This document shows, in pieces, positions 26,444 to 39,600 of a stretch of 64,000 nucleotides of DNA (position 1 is the stretch's first letter; every line of letters starts with the position of its first letter). Both the position numbers and the translations under genes were made by a program. The stretch spans positions 31,498,001 through 31,562,000 of the forward strand of contig CM052817.1 in NCBI GenBank assembly GCA_028534125.1. Reading direction: 5' to 3'. Origin of the DNA: Lama glama. Taxonomy: Eukaryota. The notes under the pieces are model-generated. The model was not told where the DNA came from, ran no database searches, and was given only the letters and a program-made list of their open reading frames with translations.

Positions 26444-27449
26444 ACAAAAACAGACATATAGACCAATGGAACAGAATAGAGAGCCCAGAAATGAACCCAC
26501 AAACTTTTGGTCAACTCATCTTCGACAAAGGAGGCAAGAATATACAATGGAATAAAGACAGTCTCTTCAGCAAATGGTGTTGGGAAAACTGGACAGCAGC
26601 ATGTAAAACAATGAAGCTAGAACACTCCCTTACACCATATACAAANNNNNNNNNNNNNNNNNNNNNNNNNNNNNNNNNNNNNNNNNNNNNNNNNNNNNNN
26701 NNNNNNNNNNNNNNNNNNNNNNNNNNNNNNNNNNNNNNNNNNNNNNNNNNNNNNNNNNNNNNNNNNNNNNNNNNNNNNNNNNNNNNNNNNNNNNNNNNNN
26801 NNNNNNNNNNNNNNNNNNNNNNNNNNNNNNNNNNNNNNNNNNNNNNNNNNNNNNNNNNNNNNNNNNNNNNNNNNNNNNNNNNNNNNNNNNNNNNNNNNNN
26901 NNNNNNNNNNNNNNNNNNNNNNNNNNNNNNNNNNNNNNNNNNNNNNNNNNNNNNNNNNNNNNNNNNNNNNNNNNNNNNNNNNNNNNNNNNNNNNNNNNNN
27001 NNNNNNNNNNNNNNNNNNNNNNNNNNNNNNNNNNNNNNNNNNNNNNNNNNNNNNNNNNNNNNNNNNNNNNNNNNNNNNNNNNNNNNNNNNNNNNNNNNNN
27101 NNNNNNNNNNNNNNNNNNNNNNNNNNNNNNNNNNNNNNNNNNNNNCAAACAAAAACAAAGTGTAAATACAGGACAGAAATAGACTCATAGAGAATACAGA
27201 CTTGTGGTTGCCAGGTGGGTGGAGGGTGGGAAGGGATAGACTAGAATTTCAAAATTGTAGAATAGATAAACAAGATTATACTGTATAGCATGGGGAAATA
27301 TACACAAAATGTTATGATAACTCACAGAGAAAAAAAAGTGACAATGAGTGTGTATATGTCCAAGAATGACTGAAAAATTGTGCTGAACACTGGAATTTGA
27401 CACAACATTGTAAAATGATTATAAATCAATAAAAAATGTTAAAAAAAAA
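26444..27449 (+). mobile_element. Young 5'-truncated L1 spanning an assembly gap
   Basis: ORF2 peptide [27 protein letters not shown], poly(A), and a perfect 16-bp TSD aagcaaactaacttca (26428-26443 / 27450-27465). Confidence 0.95.
26646..27145. other. Assembly gap (500 N)
   Basis: Run of N. Confidence 1.
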
Positions 27450-28332
27450 AAGCAAACTAACTTCAGCTTATAATGGGCCAGAAGCAGGCAATCCATCAGT
27501 TCTCATTTAAATGAAGGTTCTGCCTCAGTATTTATTCTGATGTAAAAAAAACTAATCCATCCACCCGACTCATCCAGTACTAAATGAACTTCTGGTTAAG
27601 AAATAAAATTATTTTAATACCTTCCCCCAAAGCTGGAGTCTGGTCCCAGCCTCCTCGTTCTCTCCTTCTCATCACCCCCTTCTTCAAGGCAGGCATGGTA
27701 GAGGTCACCCACTGGAGGGTCAGTGAAGACACATCCACTTCCTCCCCAGCACCTGGCGCCTAGTAGGTGCCACTGACTTTTTGCATAAGTGCATGAATGA
27801 ATGAGGACATGAATGAACAGGAGGGGATTGGGCCAAGTGGAGAGAAGGCCTTCCTCGGATCTAACTACACAATATCCAGTCAGAGTCACCACAGTTCTGT
27901 GTCTATGCTGTTTCAGAGAAGAGTCCCAGCCAGCTCTATTTCCGCCACTGCTCTCTCAGACATATGCTGTACGAGGTGGCCACAGGCATGCCACAAATCG
28001 CCAGGACCCAAGAGGCCCTTCCTCCGCTCCTCCTGTTCAATCAAAGCACACTGCTGCATGTGTGAACCCCAGTTTAGAGAGTAACTGTCAGGTTGTAATT
28101 CTCAGAGATACAACTTCCATCATGGGACCCCCTTCTCAACCACAGAGGTGGTAATCACTGGAGGTGTCCCTGCGAATGTCTGCCTTCTTTTTTTTTAAGC
28201 AGCAAAAGAGAAGGAAGAGGGGAAAAAGAGAGGAGGAAGTTCCTTTACCCTAGGTTTCAGTTGTCAGGTTTCTATGGTTAACAGTTTCTATGGTAAGCAG
28301 CACTTGGCTTCTGTACTAGGGATTCTGTGTAC

Positions 28333-28378
28333 GTGTGTGTGTGTGTGTGTGTGTGTGAGCATGTGTGTGTGTGTGTGC
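28333..28378 (+). repeat. Interrupted (TG)n microsatellite
   Basis: Directly visible. Confidence 0.9.
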
Positions 28379-29384
28379 GTCTTCTGCGGCTCTCCAGTGG
28401 ACCCTTCATGGTTTCAGGTTTGTTTTTTAGTGACATTTTACATCTTTATAAAAGTGGAAATAACTGGAATCACACAAACATGATATCTTAGCAAGAGGAA
28501 CTTGGGAGAGATAAGCTTTGGGAGTTTCTGGTGGGTGAGAGTTACAGACAGCAAACAGGGCAAAAGAGAAAATGCAATTTCTGGGGTAGGTGGTGGGTGG
28601 CAGGGGCAACTAGTAATGCAACCACACAAGGCAAACTGTGGCTTTAGCGCATGGTATGAACCTACAACTCCAGCACAAGTAGGGATACAATTTCCACCCC
28701 CACTCCCAGTAGTCTCATCCTGGCCAAATGGACTGATGAAGTGACAAGCCAGAAAAAGGACAGCCCCAGGAGTGGCAACTGCCCCACAGCCTCACCCTAC
28801 GAGGCTGACCCGTGACTTAACAGCAGGACTGTGTTTCTGGGCAGGGAAAAAGCTAGGAGGCTCGCACCCTCTCAGGAACCCCTACACTGTCCACACCATA
28901 CCAGTTCCTTCACTAAGAAAAACCCCTCTCTCTGCTTATGCGATGTTAGCGGAGGGCAAAGGTGCTTGCATACACATATGAATTGGAAATATGATGTATT
29001 TAAAATTGAGCTGAGCTTTGCTGGGGTACTGCAAAACCAGAGCATTCATTTGGTCTTTAAATAAGTTTCTACTGGACCATGTACAATATTTCTCTAGTCC
29101 TCTCCAGTGTTAAAAGGACCACCCTGCAATTTGTTTTCTAAATACCTTAAAAATATTCAACTGCACGTAATGATAGCTTCCCTAGACTGCTCACTGCCCC
29201 TGAGAAAGCAACATCTCTCCTTTTTTTTTCTGCAATAAAGATAATCCGTCATGCTGGGGAAAGTTCCTTCCTTTTGCTTCTAGCAGGGCCTACAGAATGG
29301 GGACGAAGAGGAGGAGAGCGAGGAGGCAGATATGGGGAGAAGGGATGACCATGAGAACACCAGCAAGAAAGAGAAAGTGTGCTG

Positions 29385-29820
29385 AAGTAATGTCATTGGC
29401 AGCAACACGGGTGGACCTGGAGATTACCATACTAAGTGAAGTAAGCCAGAAAAACACAAATATCATATTTCACTCACAGGTGGAATCTTAAAAAATGACA
29501 CAATGAACTTATTTACAAAACAGAAAGGGACTCAGAGACACAGAAAACAAACTTATGGTTATGGGGGTGGGGGGAGGGAGGGATAAACTGGGAGTTTGGG
29601 ATTAGCTGTACAAACTACTATATATAAAATAGATAAACAAGGTCCTACTGTATAGCACAGGGAACTATATTCACTATCTTGTAATAGGCTATAATGAAAA
29701 AGAATATGAAAAAGAACACATATATGTATACAACTGAATACTATACTAATACTATGCTGTACACCAGAAACTAATACAACATTGTAAATCAACTATACTC
29801 CAATTTTCAAAAATGGGGAA
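29385..29820 (+). mobile_element. L1 3' end (artiodactyl-type)
   Basis: ORF2 end DLEITILSEVSQ and 3' UTR aaacaaggtcctactgtatagcacagggaactatatt. Confidence 0.9.
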
Positions 29821-32624
29821 AAAACCCAAATGGCCTCCCCACTGGGGGAGGGGCGGGGGTGTAATCCTCATAAAAGATTAAAAAAAGAGAGGGAAAATGT
29901 GTATATTAGATCAAGGTCTCTCACAAGAGAAGTGACCTGCCCATCAATTCTCCTCACAGTAAGATATTCAAAGAGAAATATACATAATTGCCTAGTTCCT
30001 TGGGTTTCTGTGGGCCTAATGGTTGCCAATCATAGCTTTTATTATGGTTTTTGTAGGAATATTCGCTTTGTGTTACAATTAATCAATTTACAGAAAACTT
30101 TGGTAGCATAACTGCTTAATTGGGAACATCCTATAGGCAACCAAAATTATTTTTAAAACAATTTCTTCCACTAACTGGATGTGCTTCATGACATCCAGGA
30201 AGCTCTGCTGAGGTGTGGTGATAGTATTAAGGGTCTACCTAGATGGGGACTCCGTGCCTTTTGGAGATGGATAGTGAATCACCTGTAGAAGAAATGGTGT
30301 GCTTTCTACAAGACAGTGAGAGTGGAGAGGATTTTCTACAAGATAATGGAGGTGGGAGGAGTATAACTCAGGGTCATCTGGCTGGTGCTGGGTACCTGGG
30401 GAGGGGGGGGAATCACTGTACTATTCCTTCTACTCTTGAGTATATTTGAAACTTCCCATAATAAAAGTCTAAAAAATACTTCTTCCCATCTCATTTCACT
30501 GAATCCTGATCAAACCTGTCATTGGATCTACTTCTCACAAAAATTTTTGTGAGAATATGGAAAGGGTCCTTTATAAAAAACTGGTAAAAAGTCGAGATGG
30601 GCAGATCACTTAACTGCTGCTAAAAAAGCTTCAGCTGTCCTTGTATAACGGACACACTGGATTTAGAAGAAGCAGCGACACAGCCCCTGCTGTCCACGCA
30701 ACTGCTCTTAGGGGTCACGTTTACACAGCTCCCTGCATCCATCAACCTCTAGGTACTCTGTAATTAACTACAGAGCTACCGATCCTGCTGAAGTACTGAG
30801 TTATTTAGCATCTGCATCTTACAACTGGGTAAATGGGGTACTGAGGTGAAACCAACTGCCCAAGGGCAGATGAAGAAGATACAGAACCCTGGGCTGCACT
30901 GCTCCACTCTGTACTGGCTGTCATAGATGGGGGCCACATTTAACAATTCATCTCCTCTTAGTTTGCTATTGTGAATGTAATTAACTCTCAAATATTCTAG
31001 GAAAAATTAATCCATGTTGCAGAAAATATGGCCATTCCAAGAGATGCTCCCCAATGCCAAATATAAGATCCTCACAGCCCAACAGCCAGGCTCTGCTCAC
31101 TGTGAGCCCACCAGCACTTGCGATGGGGCACTACCTGTCTGACTGTCCTCTTCCTCACCCTGTCACCGCCCTTCCGGGTGCAGAGGTACCACATCACACC
31201 ACCTAGACAGCAACCAGCCTTGGAAGGCTTTTGAGGAACTTGTAAGAGTTACTGTAGTAGTAACTCCAGTGAGTATATCTGAAACCTCCATATTACCAAG
31301 CACAGCTAAGTGGATTCAGAAAGAGAAGTGGCTCTTCTCATCAATCCATGAAAATACTATTAGGGCAAACCATATGAAACTGCCATTTCTGGAGTCAAAA
31401 ACTATCAAAATACTGGTAACTTCAGATGATTCAATTTAATACATTTTGTATTTTTAGAATATTTTGGTCCTACTTACATATCTTGTACTCTGAAATAAAA
31501 GCACCCTGTACTTTCTCTCACTTCTACATATCATAAATGCAGTTACTATCTGTGAGGCTCTTGTCAAAGGCCAGATGCTCATAACAGACAGGCAGGGGAT
31601 GACGCCCACCTGGGGTGTCACCACCAGCACCCGGCACAGTCAGAACTCAACCAATATTTGGTGTAGACAATCTAGGAAAATGTTGGGATTTGAATTCGAT
31701 TTAACTTAGCCAAATTAAAGCATCACACAGTTAACCTGGAATAACAGTAATTATTTAAAAACTATTTCAATTGCTAAAAATTGATAGTTGTTTCACTGTA
31801 GCATGTTTCATGGGTATCACGATTGTGGACTTTGCAATTTGTAAGCTTTTCATGCTTAGTTTTGAAAGGAAGGAGGCCACACTGAATAGTTTATGTCCTC
31901 AAGTCAGAAAGTCTTACACTTCATACACAAGATATTATCCAAGGTCAGGAATTAACTCACATACCCTCATACCTTTCTGTTATCTCCCCTACATCTCCTC
32001 ACCCCTCCAGCTCTTACAGTCAGCATTTATGTAGTATCTGCTCCTGTTCTCAGGAATTTCCAACAGATTGGGAAGAGATGGTTACTCATAAGGCAATGTG
32101 GAATGCTCTTCCTGGAACAAAATGCAGTAGGACAAAGGGAAAAGAGGTGAATTCTTCCAGAAGAAGAGTCAAAGAAGGCTGCACAGAGGATGTGCCTCTT
32201 CGAGCTAAGCCTTAAATTGTGAATAAGAATATTACCTACAAGTAGAACATCATAAGCAAAGGCATGTAGCTACAAAAGAGCTTGGCAGATTTAGGGATGC
32301 CAGTGCACTGGGGTGTTCAGATGTACTGAGGAGGACAGGTGGGAGAGGCAGGATCAGAGACTAGGAGGCTGAGAAGGGACCAGATTACAAAGTGCTCTAT
32401 ATATCAGGCTATGGCATTGCACTTCATCTTCAAGGCTATGAGGATCCTTGGCCTTAAATTGTACGCAAGGGCCCAGGCTGTTAAAAACAGAAAGCTAAGC
32501 TTGGCTCTATTACCTGGTGTGCTATTCTTTTTTGGAGGAAGAAACCTGGGTAGCTTTTGAAAAACAAAAATAAGAGAACAAATCACTTTTACTTTGTTTT
32601 ATATATTTTATATCTCATTCAAAC

Positions 32625-32860
32625 TAAGAGCAAAGACTGTGGAGCTAGAATGCCTGAGTTTGCATCCCAGTTCTGCCACTTACTTGCTGTGCCTCCTTGG
32701 AAAAGTTACTTAACCTCTCTGTGCTTTAGTTTCTACAGCTGTCCCATGGGATGAATAACACCACCACAACTTCTTAAGTTTGTTATAAGAATTAGAGTCA
32801 ATTTATGTTAAGCATTCAGAACAAAGCTGACAAATGGTAAATGCTTAATAAGTTTAGCTA
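32625..32860. mobile_element. MIR SINE
   Basis: cccagttctgccacttacttgctgtg...ttacttaacctctctgtgc. Confidence 0.75.
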
Positions 32861-33489
32861 TTAATACTATTCTTTTAAACATTATTAGTCCTTAGGGAAA
32901 ATAAAGCAAAAGTCACTAGTTCTATCAAAGGAAAGACCCTTACACCTACCTTCTAGACTTGAGGAAAGATCTTCTGAGAATTGATGTCAAATTTGACTGG
33001 GTCTTAGAAGAATGAGATTCTTCCTTGGATCATGACAAATATCAGTTCCCTAAAATTACAGGGGGATATAACAGAAATGACCAGTATCTACCTACATCCA
33101 CTCTTTTCACCCAGAAAAAAAGATTAACCTTTACTTCAGGGGTTTGATAATTCTATTTTTAAAAAGGACTTTTGATGCTTCACGTGACTGTACTATTTTT
33201 GCCCTTCAAGGCTATTTCTCTGTCTTACAGTATAAAACCAATACTGAATCAGCAAGCAACTATATTAGCACTTCCTTTTTATGTTAGAAACAGTTGATCT
33301 CCGGTAACTCACAGTCTTAACACACAACCGCAAAAAGCACCTTCAGCCAAAGATTTCTCTTCCTTCAAAGCATAATAGTAATATTATAGAGACATATTTT
33401 TACCGGCTTCTCAGGCTTTTTTGAGGGCTAATTCATGTTCTGCTGAATATAAAGGTTGATATATCCTTATGTATAAATGAGATAGCCTC

Positions 33490-33680
33490 AGCTGGTTTCC
33501 TGGCTCTGCTGCATCCTGGCTCTACAACCTTGGGTAAGGTACTCAACCTTCCCGTCTGTTTCCTCATCTGTAAAATGGGAATAACTGCATCTACTTATAA
33601 AGTTCAGAGAATTAAAGGCAATACTTGCAAAGCACTTAAGACCATGCATGACATATAGCAATATAAAAGTATTTGGTAAA
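33490..33680. mobile_element. MIR SINE
   Basis: gtttcctcatctgtaaaatggg core. Confidence 0.75.
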
Positions 33681-34806
33681 TTAAAAAAAAAAAGGCCACA
33701 GAAAGGTCCCGAAGCCCCTGTGTTCCTAAGCTCAGACAGCAATCTTGATTTTCGTTGTCCAAAAGGATGTGCGTTCAGGATGACCAGGAAAGGATAAAAA
33801 GAATGTTTTCCATTTTCTCTCTTTCTGAAGAAGGACTATCTTCCTTCTTAAAGTGTTTCTGAACCAACCAGACAGAAGCGTTTGAAATATTCTGTCAGCA
33901 CACAAATAAATGGCCTTTCAGAGTAGGTGTTTTCTCCATTTAGAGATAAAGAAACTGAGACTCAGAGAGTTTTATCAACTGCCCAATGTCACAGCTGATA
34001 TGTGATAGAACCAAGATTCAGAGCAGATCTGTCTGACTTCAAAGCCCACTGCGTGTCCACTAGGGAAGCTATCTTCTTTTAGGATAAACAGATTAGATTT
34101 GATGATTTCAAATCTACTTCTCTAGTCCCAGCTTCTCACCTGTGCCTGATTGGGTATCTCTGATTACCTAGCAAGACCCTTCTCCTTATGTCTTTCATTT
34201 ACATCCTTTTAACATGATTCAGAGTAAATCCATCATATACATCCTTGAACCTGAATCCCATTCAATCATTTTAATAACCAACTATTATTTACCACAGGTC
34301 AAGTACTGGGCTAAGCAGTGCCTTCATCTGCCTGTGACAGATTAGTTGAGAGAGAGACTGAAAATACAATTGTACCAATAATTTATTGAAGAGAGAGAGG
34401 TGGTAGAAAGTAAAAGCACAAGATAATATTATACAGGGAAAATTAATCTAACCTAGAAGATCAGAGAGGCTGTACTGAGAAAGTGATATTGAAGCTGAGA
34501 CCTGAAGGCGTTAGCCAGTCAAGAGAAGGGAGACATGGATTCTACATGAAGGACATACATAAAGCATATGTTCTAAGGTGGAAAGCAGCCAAGTGTCTTT
34601 AAGAACAGAAAGACTGGTGAGCTGGAGGTCAGCAGTGAGGAAGAGAAGGAACTGCAAATGAATGTAGATGGGTGGGCAGGCTGCTGGACCAAAGGCCTGT
34701 TGAAGACTTTCGAGATTTAAATTGGGAGTAATGAGAAGCTTCTGAAAAGTTTTAAGCAGGATAGGAACATGATCGTATTTGTGTTTTCAAAACATCACTG
34801 CAGCCA

Positions 34807-35088
34807 ATAGACTCATGGACATAGAAAACAAACTGTGGTTATGGAATGGGTGGCGGAAGGGACAGTTTGGGAATTAACAGATACGTACTACTGTATCTAA
34901 AACAGTAAACAACAAGGACCTACTGTACAACACAATTCAACTATATTCAATTCAACTATATTCAATATATATGTATGTGTAACTAAATCGCTTTGCTGTA
35001 TATCTGAAACTAACACTGTAAATTGACTACACTTCAATAAAAAATAAGAATAAAATAAATAAACAGAAAAAAATTGTTTAAAGATGGC
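34807..35088 (+). mobile_element. L1 3' end inserted in an L2 relic
   Basis: Degenerate TSD aaaacatcactgcagcca / aaaagatcactgtggcca; A-rich tail. Confidence 0.8.
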
Positions 35089-35159
35089 AAAAGATCACTG
35101 TGGCCATTATGTACAACAGACTTGAGAGGGCAAGAGTGGAAAGAGGCACCTACTAGGAT

Positions 35160-35686
35160 GAGGCAGAAATTCCTGTCTACCTACAACATCCACTTCTCAT
35201 CAGTAACAGAACCCTAACTTTTGGTTGGATATGTTGACACTCAGAATAAAAGACTATTTTTCAGCTCCCTCTGCAACTAAGTATGACCATGTGGCTAAGT
35301 TCTGGTCAATGAGATGTAGGCAGAAGTCTTATATGGAACATAAAGGAAGGCTGTTAAGAGAAACTGACTCAGGTGGGAGAAGCACCTTCTTGCTTTTCTG
35401 TCTTTCTTCCTTCATCCAGCCTGTAATTCAGATAAGATGGCTGGAGCTCCAGCAACCATCTTGGGCCAACATAAAAGATATAAGCTAGGAAGACAGAAGG
35501 GAAAGACAGGATCTGAGATCCTTGGATTGGATTTCTCCGACCAGTTCAGGACAGCCTGCCTCCAGTCTTTTCTTTCTTCTACACTGTAAGAGAGAAAGAA
35601 AAAAAAAAAAGCAGCTATTTTCCTTAAGCTACGATTATGTGGGGATTTTGTGTGTTATATAGCTCAACTCAATCCTAACTGATACA
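35160..35686. mobile_element. MLT1 (MaLR) LTR
   Basis: gaccatgtggctaagttctggtcaatgagatg; gatggctggagctccagcaaccatcttg; ends aatcctaactgataca. Confidence 0.75.
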
Positions 35687-36799
35687 GAGGCTACTGTACT
35701 TACCCAAGAAGAGGCAGGGGTGGTTTGGATCATGGTGGTGGTAGAAATGGGAAAAGTGGCAGGAATGAGATTTATTCAAAGTCAGAATCAACAAATCCTG
35801 TTGAGTTCAGACATGAGAGAGGCTCAGGGAGAGGGGTGAAGTTAGACCCACTCCTGGGTTTCTGGCACAAGCACTGGGTAGACCACAGTAGACTTAGCAA
35901 GGTAGAGACAGTGACAACATCTTGAGTTTCTTTTCAGACATTTTGAATTTGAGATACCTACTGAAACTCTTAGACCTCAGAATGGCTATCAGGCTGGGAA
36001 TCACCATGGAGATGCCACCAGCACACAGGTGCTAACTCAAAGCCACTGTAATGGATGCTGAGTGCTGAGTAAGAAAAGAAGCCTTAGAACAGAACCCTGA
36101 GCAACACTTAACTCTTGAAGGAGACAAGAACAAGCAGCCAGAAAGGAAGCAGGACAACCAGGGAGTCTACACGAGGAGATAAATGCCAAATACTCACCGC
36201 ATAATGAAGAGGGCTAGAGGCCATGAAAGGAGGAGAAAGATCACTTCCAACTAGTGCTGTAAAAACAAGGAAGCAGGATCAAAGAGACACAGACAGGCCA
36301 GGAAGAGGACAAGGAAAGAGGAAAAAGGAACAGGGGAAGCAGAATGCTCTGACACAGTCTGGCATAGTGGGAAGAATTCTGAGATTGGAGAGAGATTGGA
36401 GAGGCCCCCATTCCAGGGAGGGAGGAGAAATCACCCCCCTTCCCCTCCCCTCCCAGAAAACCAAGAGCCCAGTCAGTGGTTCCTCCACTCACAGAGTCAA
36501 AGAGAGCCACAGGTGGACCCCAGCGCATCGTGGCTTAGTTTAAGGTAGAAAGACTTCGTCCACCACCCTGGAACTCCTATCAAACCATTATCTTAAATTT
36601 CCCATTGTCAATTAAATAAAGTTTTAAAGGAGCGTGGGGTAGAGGGTCAGAAAATGTATATACTCAAACCAGCATGAGCAGTCAAAAAGAAAGAAAGATT
36701 TTTATATACCAAGGGTTAACAATAACAGCGATGTTACTAACTTTTCTCCAAGGCTGACTATTTGGCAGATTGTGTTTTAAATTCATTTAGTGTATGTTT

Positions 36800-36990
36800 T
36801 AGACACATTCTCTCAATCGATTCTCACAACCTATGAGGTAGTAACTATATCTGTCCCCATTTCACAGGTGAGGAAACTGAGGCACAAAGTAGGTACATTT
36901 ACTTGTCCAGGGTCATGTGAGCTGGTGAATGACAGAGCCTGGGATTGGAACACTGGCCATCTGACATGAGAACCAATGCTTTTTGCTGTA
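36800..36990. mobile_element. MIR SINE
   Basis: ccccatttcacaggtgaggaaactgaggcaca. Confidence 0.8.
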
Positions 36991-37825
36991 GTTGGAGAGT
37001 TTGCTTTTCTCAACTCTAGAAAAGAACATTTCCAGCCACAATACTAAAGTAACTAGTGGAAAATAATTATGTAAAGCCATAGGCAGGAGAATAACTCTAC
37101 TTCACTTGAAAGCTGAGGGAACTGGCCAAAGAAAGGTAAGTTGTTTTCTTTTCTTTAACTGGTCTGTCTGGTGACTCAGAATGAAAGGAACCGGGCTGTT
37201 GTCGGCGCGTGGCAGCCTGGTCAACTCTCGCCCAGAACCTCTCCTCTACAGCAAAGCTCCTTGAAGTGCCTGTGACAACTGGATACATGCAGACAACTCC
37301 GTCAGCCTCTGTCCATAAGCACAAAAGAAGGTGTGACTCCGACATGTGACCAAGACACAGAGGAAGTCAGGTGTGGGAGACTGTTCCACTTTTAGTCAAA
37401 GTTGACAGAAGTAAAAGTGAGTCTGAGGCAAGGTGTCTGGGGCACTGGAACAAAAGTAGCAATATTTCCGCTGGAGACACAAATAGCAGACCTCAGTTTT
37501 TCAAATGAAGGCCTTTCAACAGAGGACAGTCCCTGAGAAGTCAAGAGTTAGGGGTTATCAAGCTACACTGGGCCAAGCAGTCATAATTAATCACGATTTG
37601 GAGGTTCTGGCTGAACCCAGAGAACTTCTCAAACACAGGGGCCTTACACAGACACACACATGGGCTGAGCATTAACGAGGATCTGCAGAACTCAGTGTGC
37701 CATTATTAGAAACCCAGCACGTATCAAGTCCTCTGCAGGCACTGGGAGCGGAAGGGGGATGGGATGATAAGCAGACATGTCTCCACCCTTTCCCAACTTT
37801 CTGTCCTATTTTTGCACTTGGTTAG

Positions 37826-38333
37826 TGTGCAGGAAAGAGTTAACATGGTAGGCTTGAGACTGCTATTCTTAGAAAAGCCTACTTGCCATTCTGCAGTTGG
37901 CCTGGGCTGGCATCTAGGAACCTGGACTTTGGGAAGGTCCCACTGTTCCCAGCACTGTATAAACAATATGGTTTATGCTGAACACCTGCTTTCCTTCTGG
38001 AGTCTGGAATTTTGGCCCAGGCTAGACAGAGGGGGCCTATATAACCAACCAGTCCTCCAATGAGTTTCTGTTGAGCTCCCTAGTAGGCGGTATTTCACGT
38101 GCTGTCAACTCATTACTGAAGCTTTTAAGCACATTCTATATGACTCCACTGAGAAAGGACTCTTGCAAGCTCATGCCTGGTTTCCTCTGGGCTTCCCCCT
38201 ATATGTGCCTTTCCCTTTGCTGATTTTACTTTGCTGGAATAAATGATTATTATGAATACAATCATATGCTGAGCCCTGCGAGTCCCTGCAGCAATTAATC
38301 AAACCTAGAGGTTGTCTTGGAGGTCCCTGTAAC
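37826..38333 (+). mobile_element. MER68-like solo LTR (copy 1)
   Basis: Starts tgtgcaggaaagagttaacat and shares long blocks with 57247-57787 (gctgaacacctgctttccttctggagtctggaattt). Confidence 0.75.
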
Positions 38334-38974
38334 TCTCCACAACAGTTGGAATGCTGGAATGAGCTTTAAATTAAGAAAGACCTGACTTAAATCCCAACTT
38401 TGACACTTATTAGCTGTGAATCACTGAGTTAGTTAATAAAGTTCCCTAAGCCTTGTAATTCTTGGGGAAAAGACAGTAAAACCTGCCTCAGAAGATTGTC
38501 GTGAAGATTAAGCATGTGGTAGACACTCAGTAAATACTATATGCTTTTTTCTCTAATTTAGACTAACATGTGACTGGCACCCCTACAGTTGTGCAGAATC
38601 CAGCCTGCGCAACACCAGGCAGCCCCAGTGCAGCTCACTTCACCCATCCATCCCTTCCACTGATGGGCTGGAGTCAGCTCATGACAGCTCATGAGAGCCT
38701 ATTGTGCACACCATTTCCCTGCTTCACTTTCAATGTCTTGTTGGTGGCTGGACATCTGCTATGGTAGAAGTACTTAAACCACAGAAATCGGCAAACACTA
38801 AAAATATGGGCTTCTTCCATGACCCCCAATCACTAAGCATTTACCAGCATATCACTGTCCCCTTCATTAAAAAATCAAATAAAGATGAAATTCGTGCCGG
38901 AGAAGTTCTATTGCCTAACCAAAGACAGCAAGCATATAGCAATAAATTTAATTAATCAATTTAATTAATTAAAA

Positions 38975-39600
38975 AGCAACAGGCCACATGAAAAGATGCT
39001 CAACATTATTAGCCATAAGGGAAATGCAACTCAAACCCATGAGATACCACTTTACACCAATGAGAAGGGCTACATCAACAAGAGAGATTTTAACAAGAAG
39101 GATGTGGAGAGACTGGACCCTCATTCACTCTAGGTAGGAATGTAAAATGTCACAGCCCCTTTAGAGAACAGTCTACCAGTCCCTCAAAACATTGAACATA
39201 GTTACCCAAAGACCCAGCAAGAGAAATGAAAACATATGTCCACACAAAAACTTGTACATAGGTATTCACAGCAGCTCCATTCACAATAGCCGTAAGGTGG
39301 AAACAATCCAAATACTCATTAGCAGACAAGTAAATAAATAAAATACGGTCTATACCTATAATGTAATATGACTTAGTTATGAAAGGGAATGAGGTACTGA
39401 TACATATTACAACAGTGAATGAACCCTGAAAACATTATGCTCAGTGAAAGCAAGATACAAAAAAAAAGGTAACATATTGTATGATTCTATTCATATGAAA
39501 TACCCAGAACAGGCAAATTCTTAGAGACAGGAAGCAGATGAGTGGTTGCCAGGGGCTGGGAGGAAGCAACATGGGGACTGACTGCTTAACGAGTACAAGG
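38975..39600 (+). mobile_element. L1MB-type 3' region, left part (appears to continue at 44958-45115)
   Basis: ORF2 C-terminus and 3' UTR motifs; breaks off at actgcttaacgagtacaagg. Confidence 0.85.

Noticed and set aside
26491..27188. Long ORFs of 172-225 aa (and 183-310 aa at 55329-56590)
   Set aside because: Their length comes from translating N runs; the real parts are L1 ORF2 fragments.
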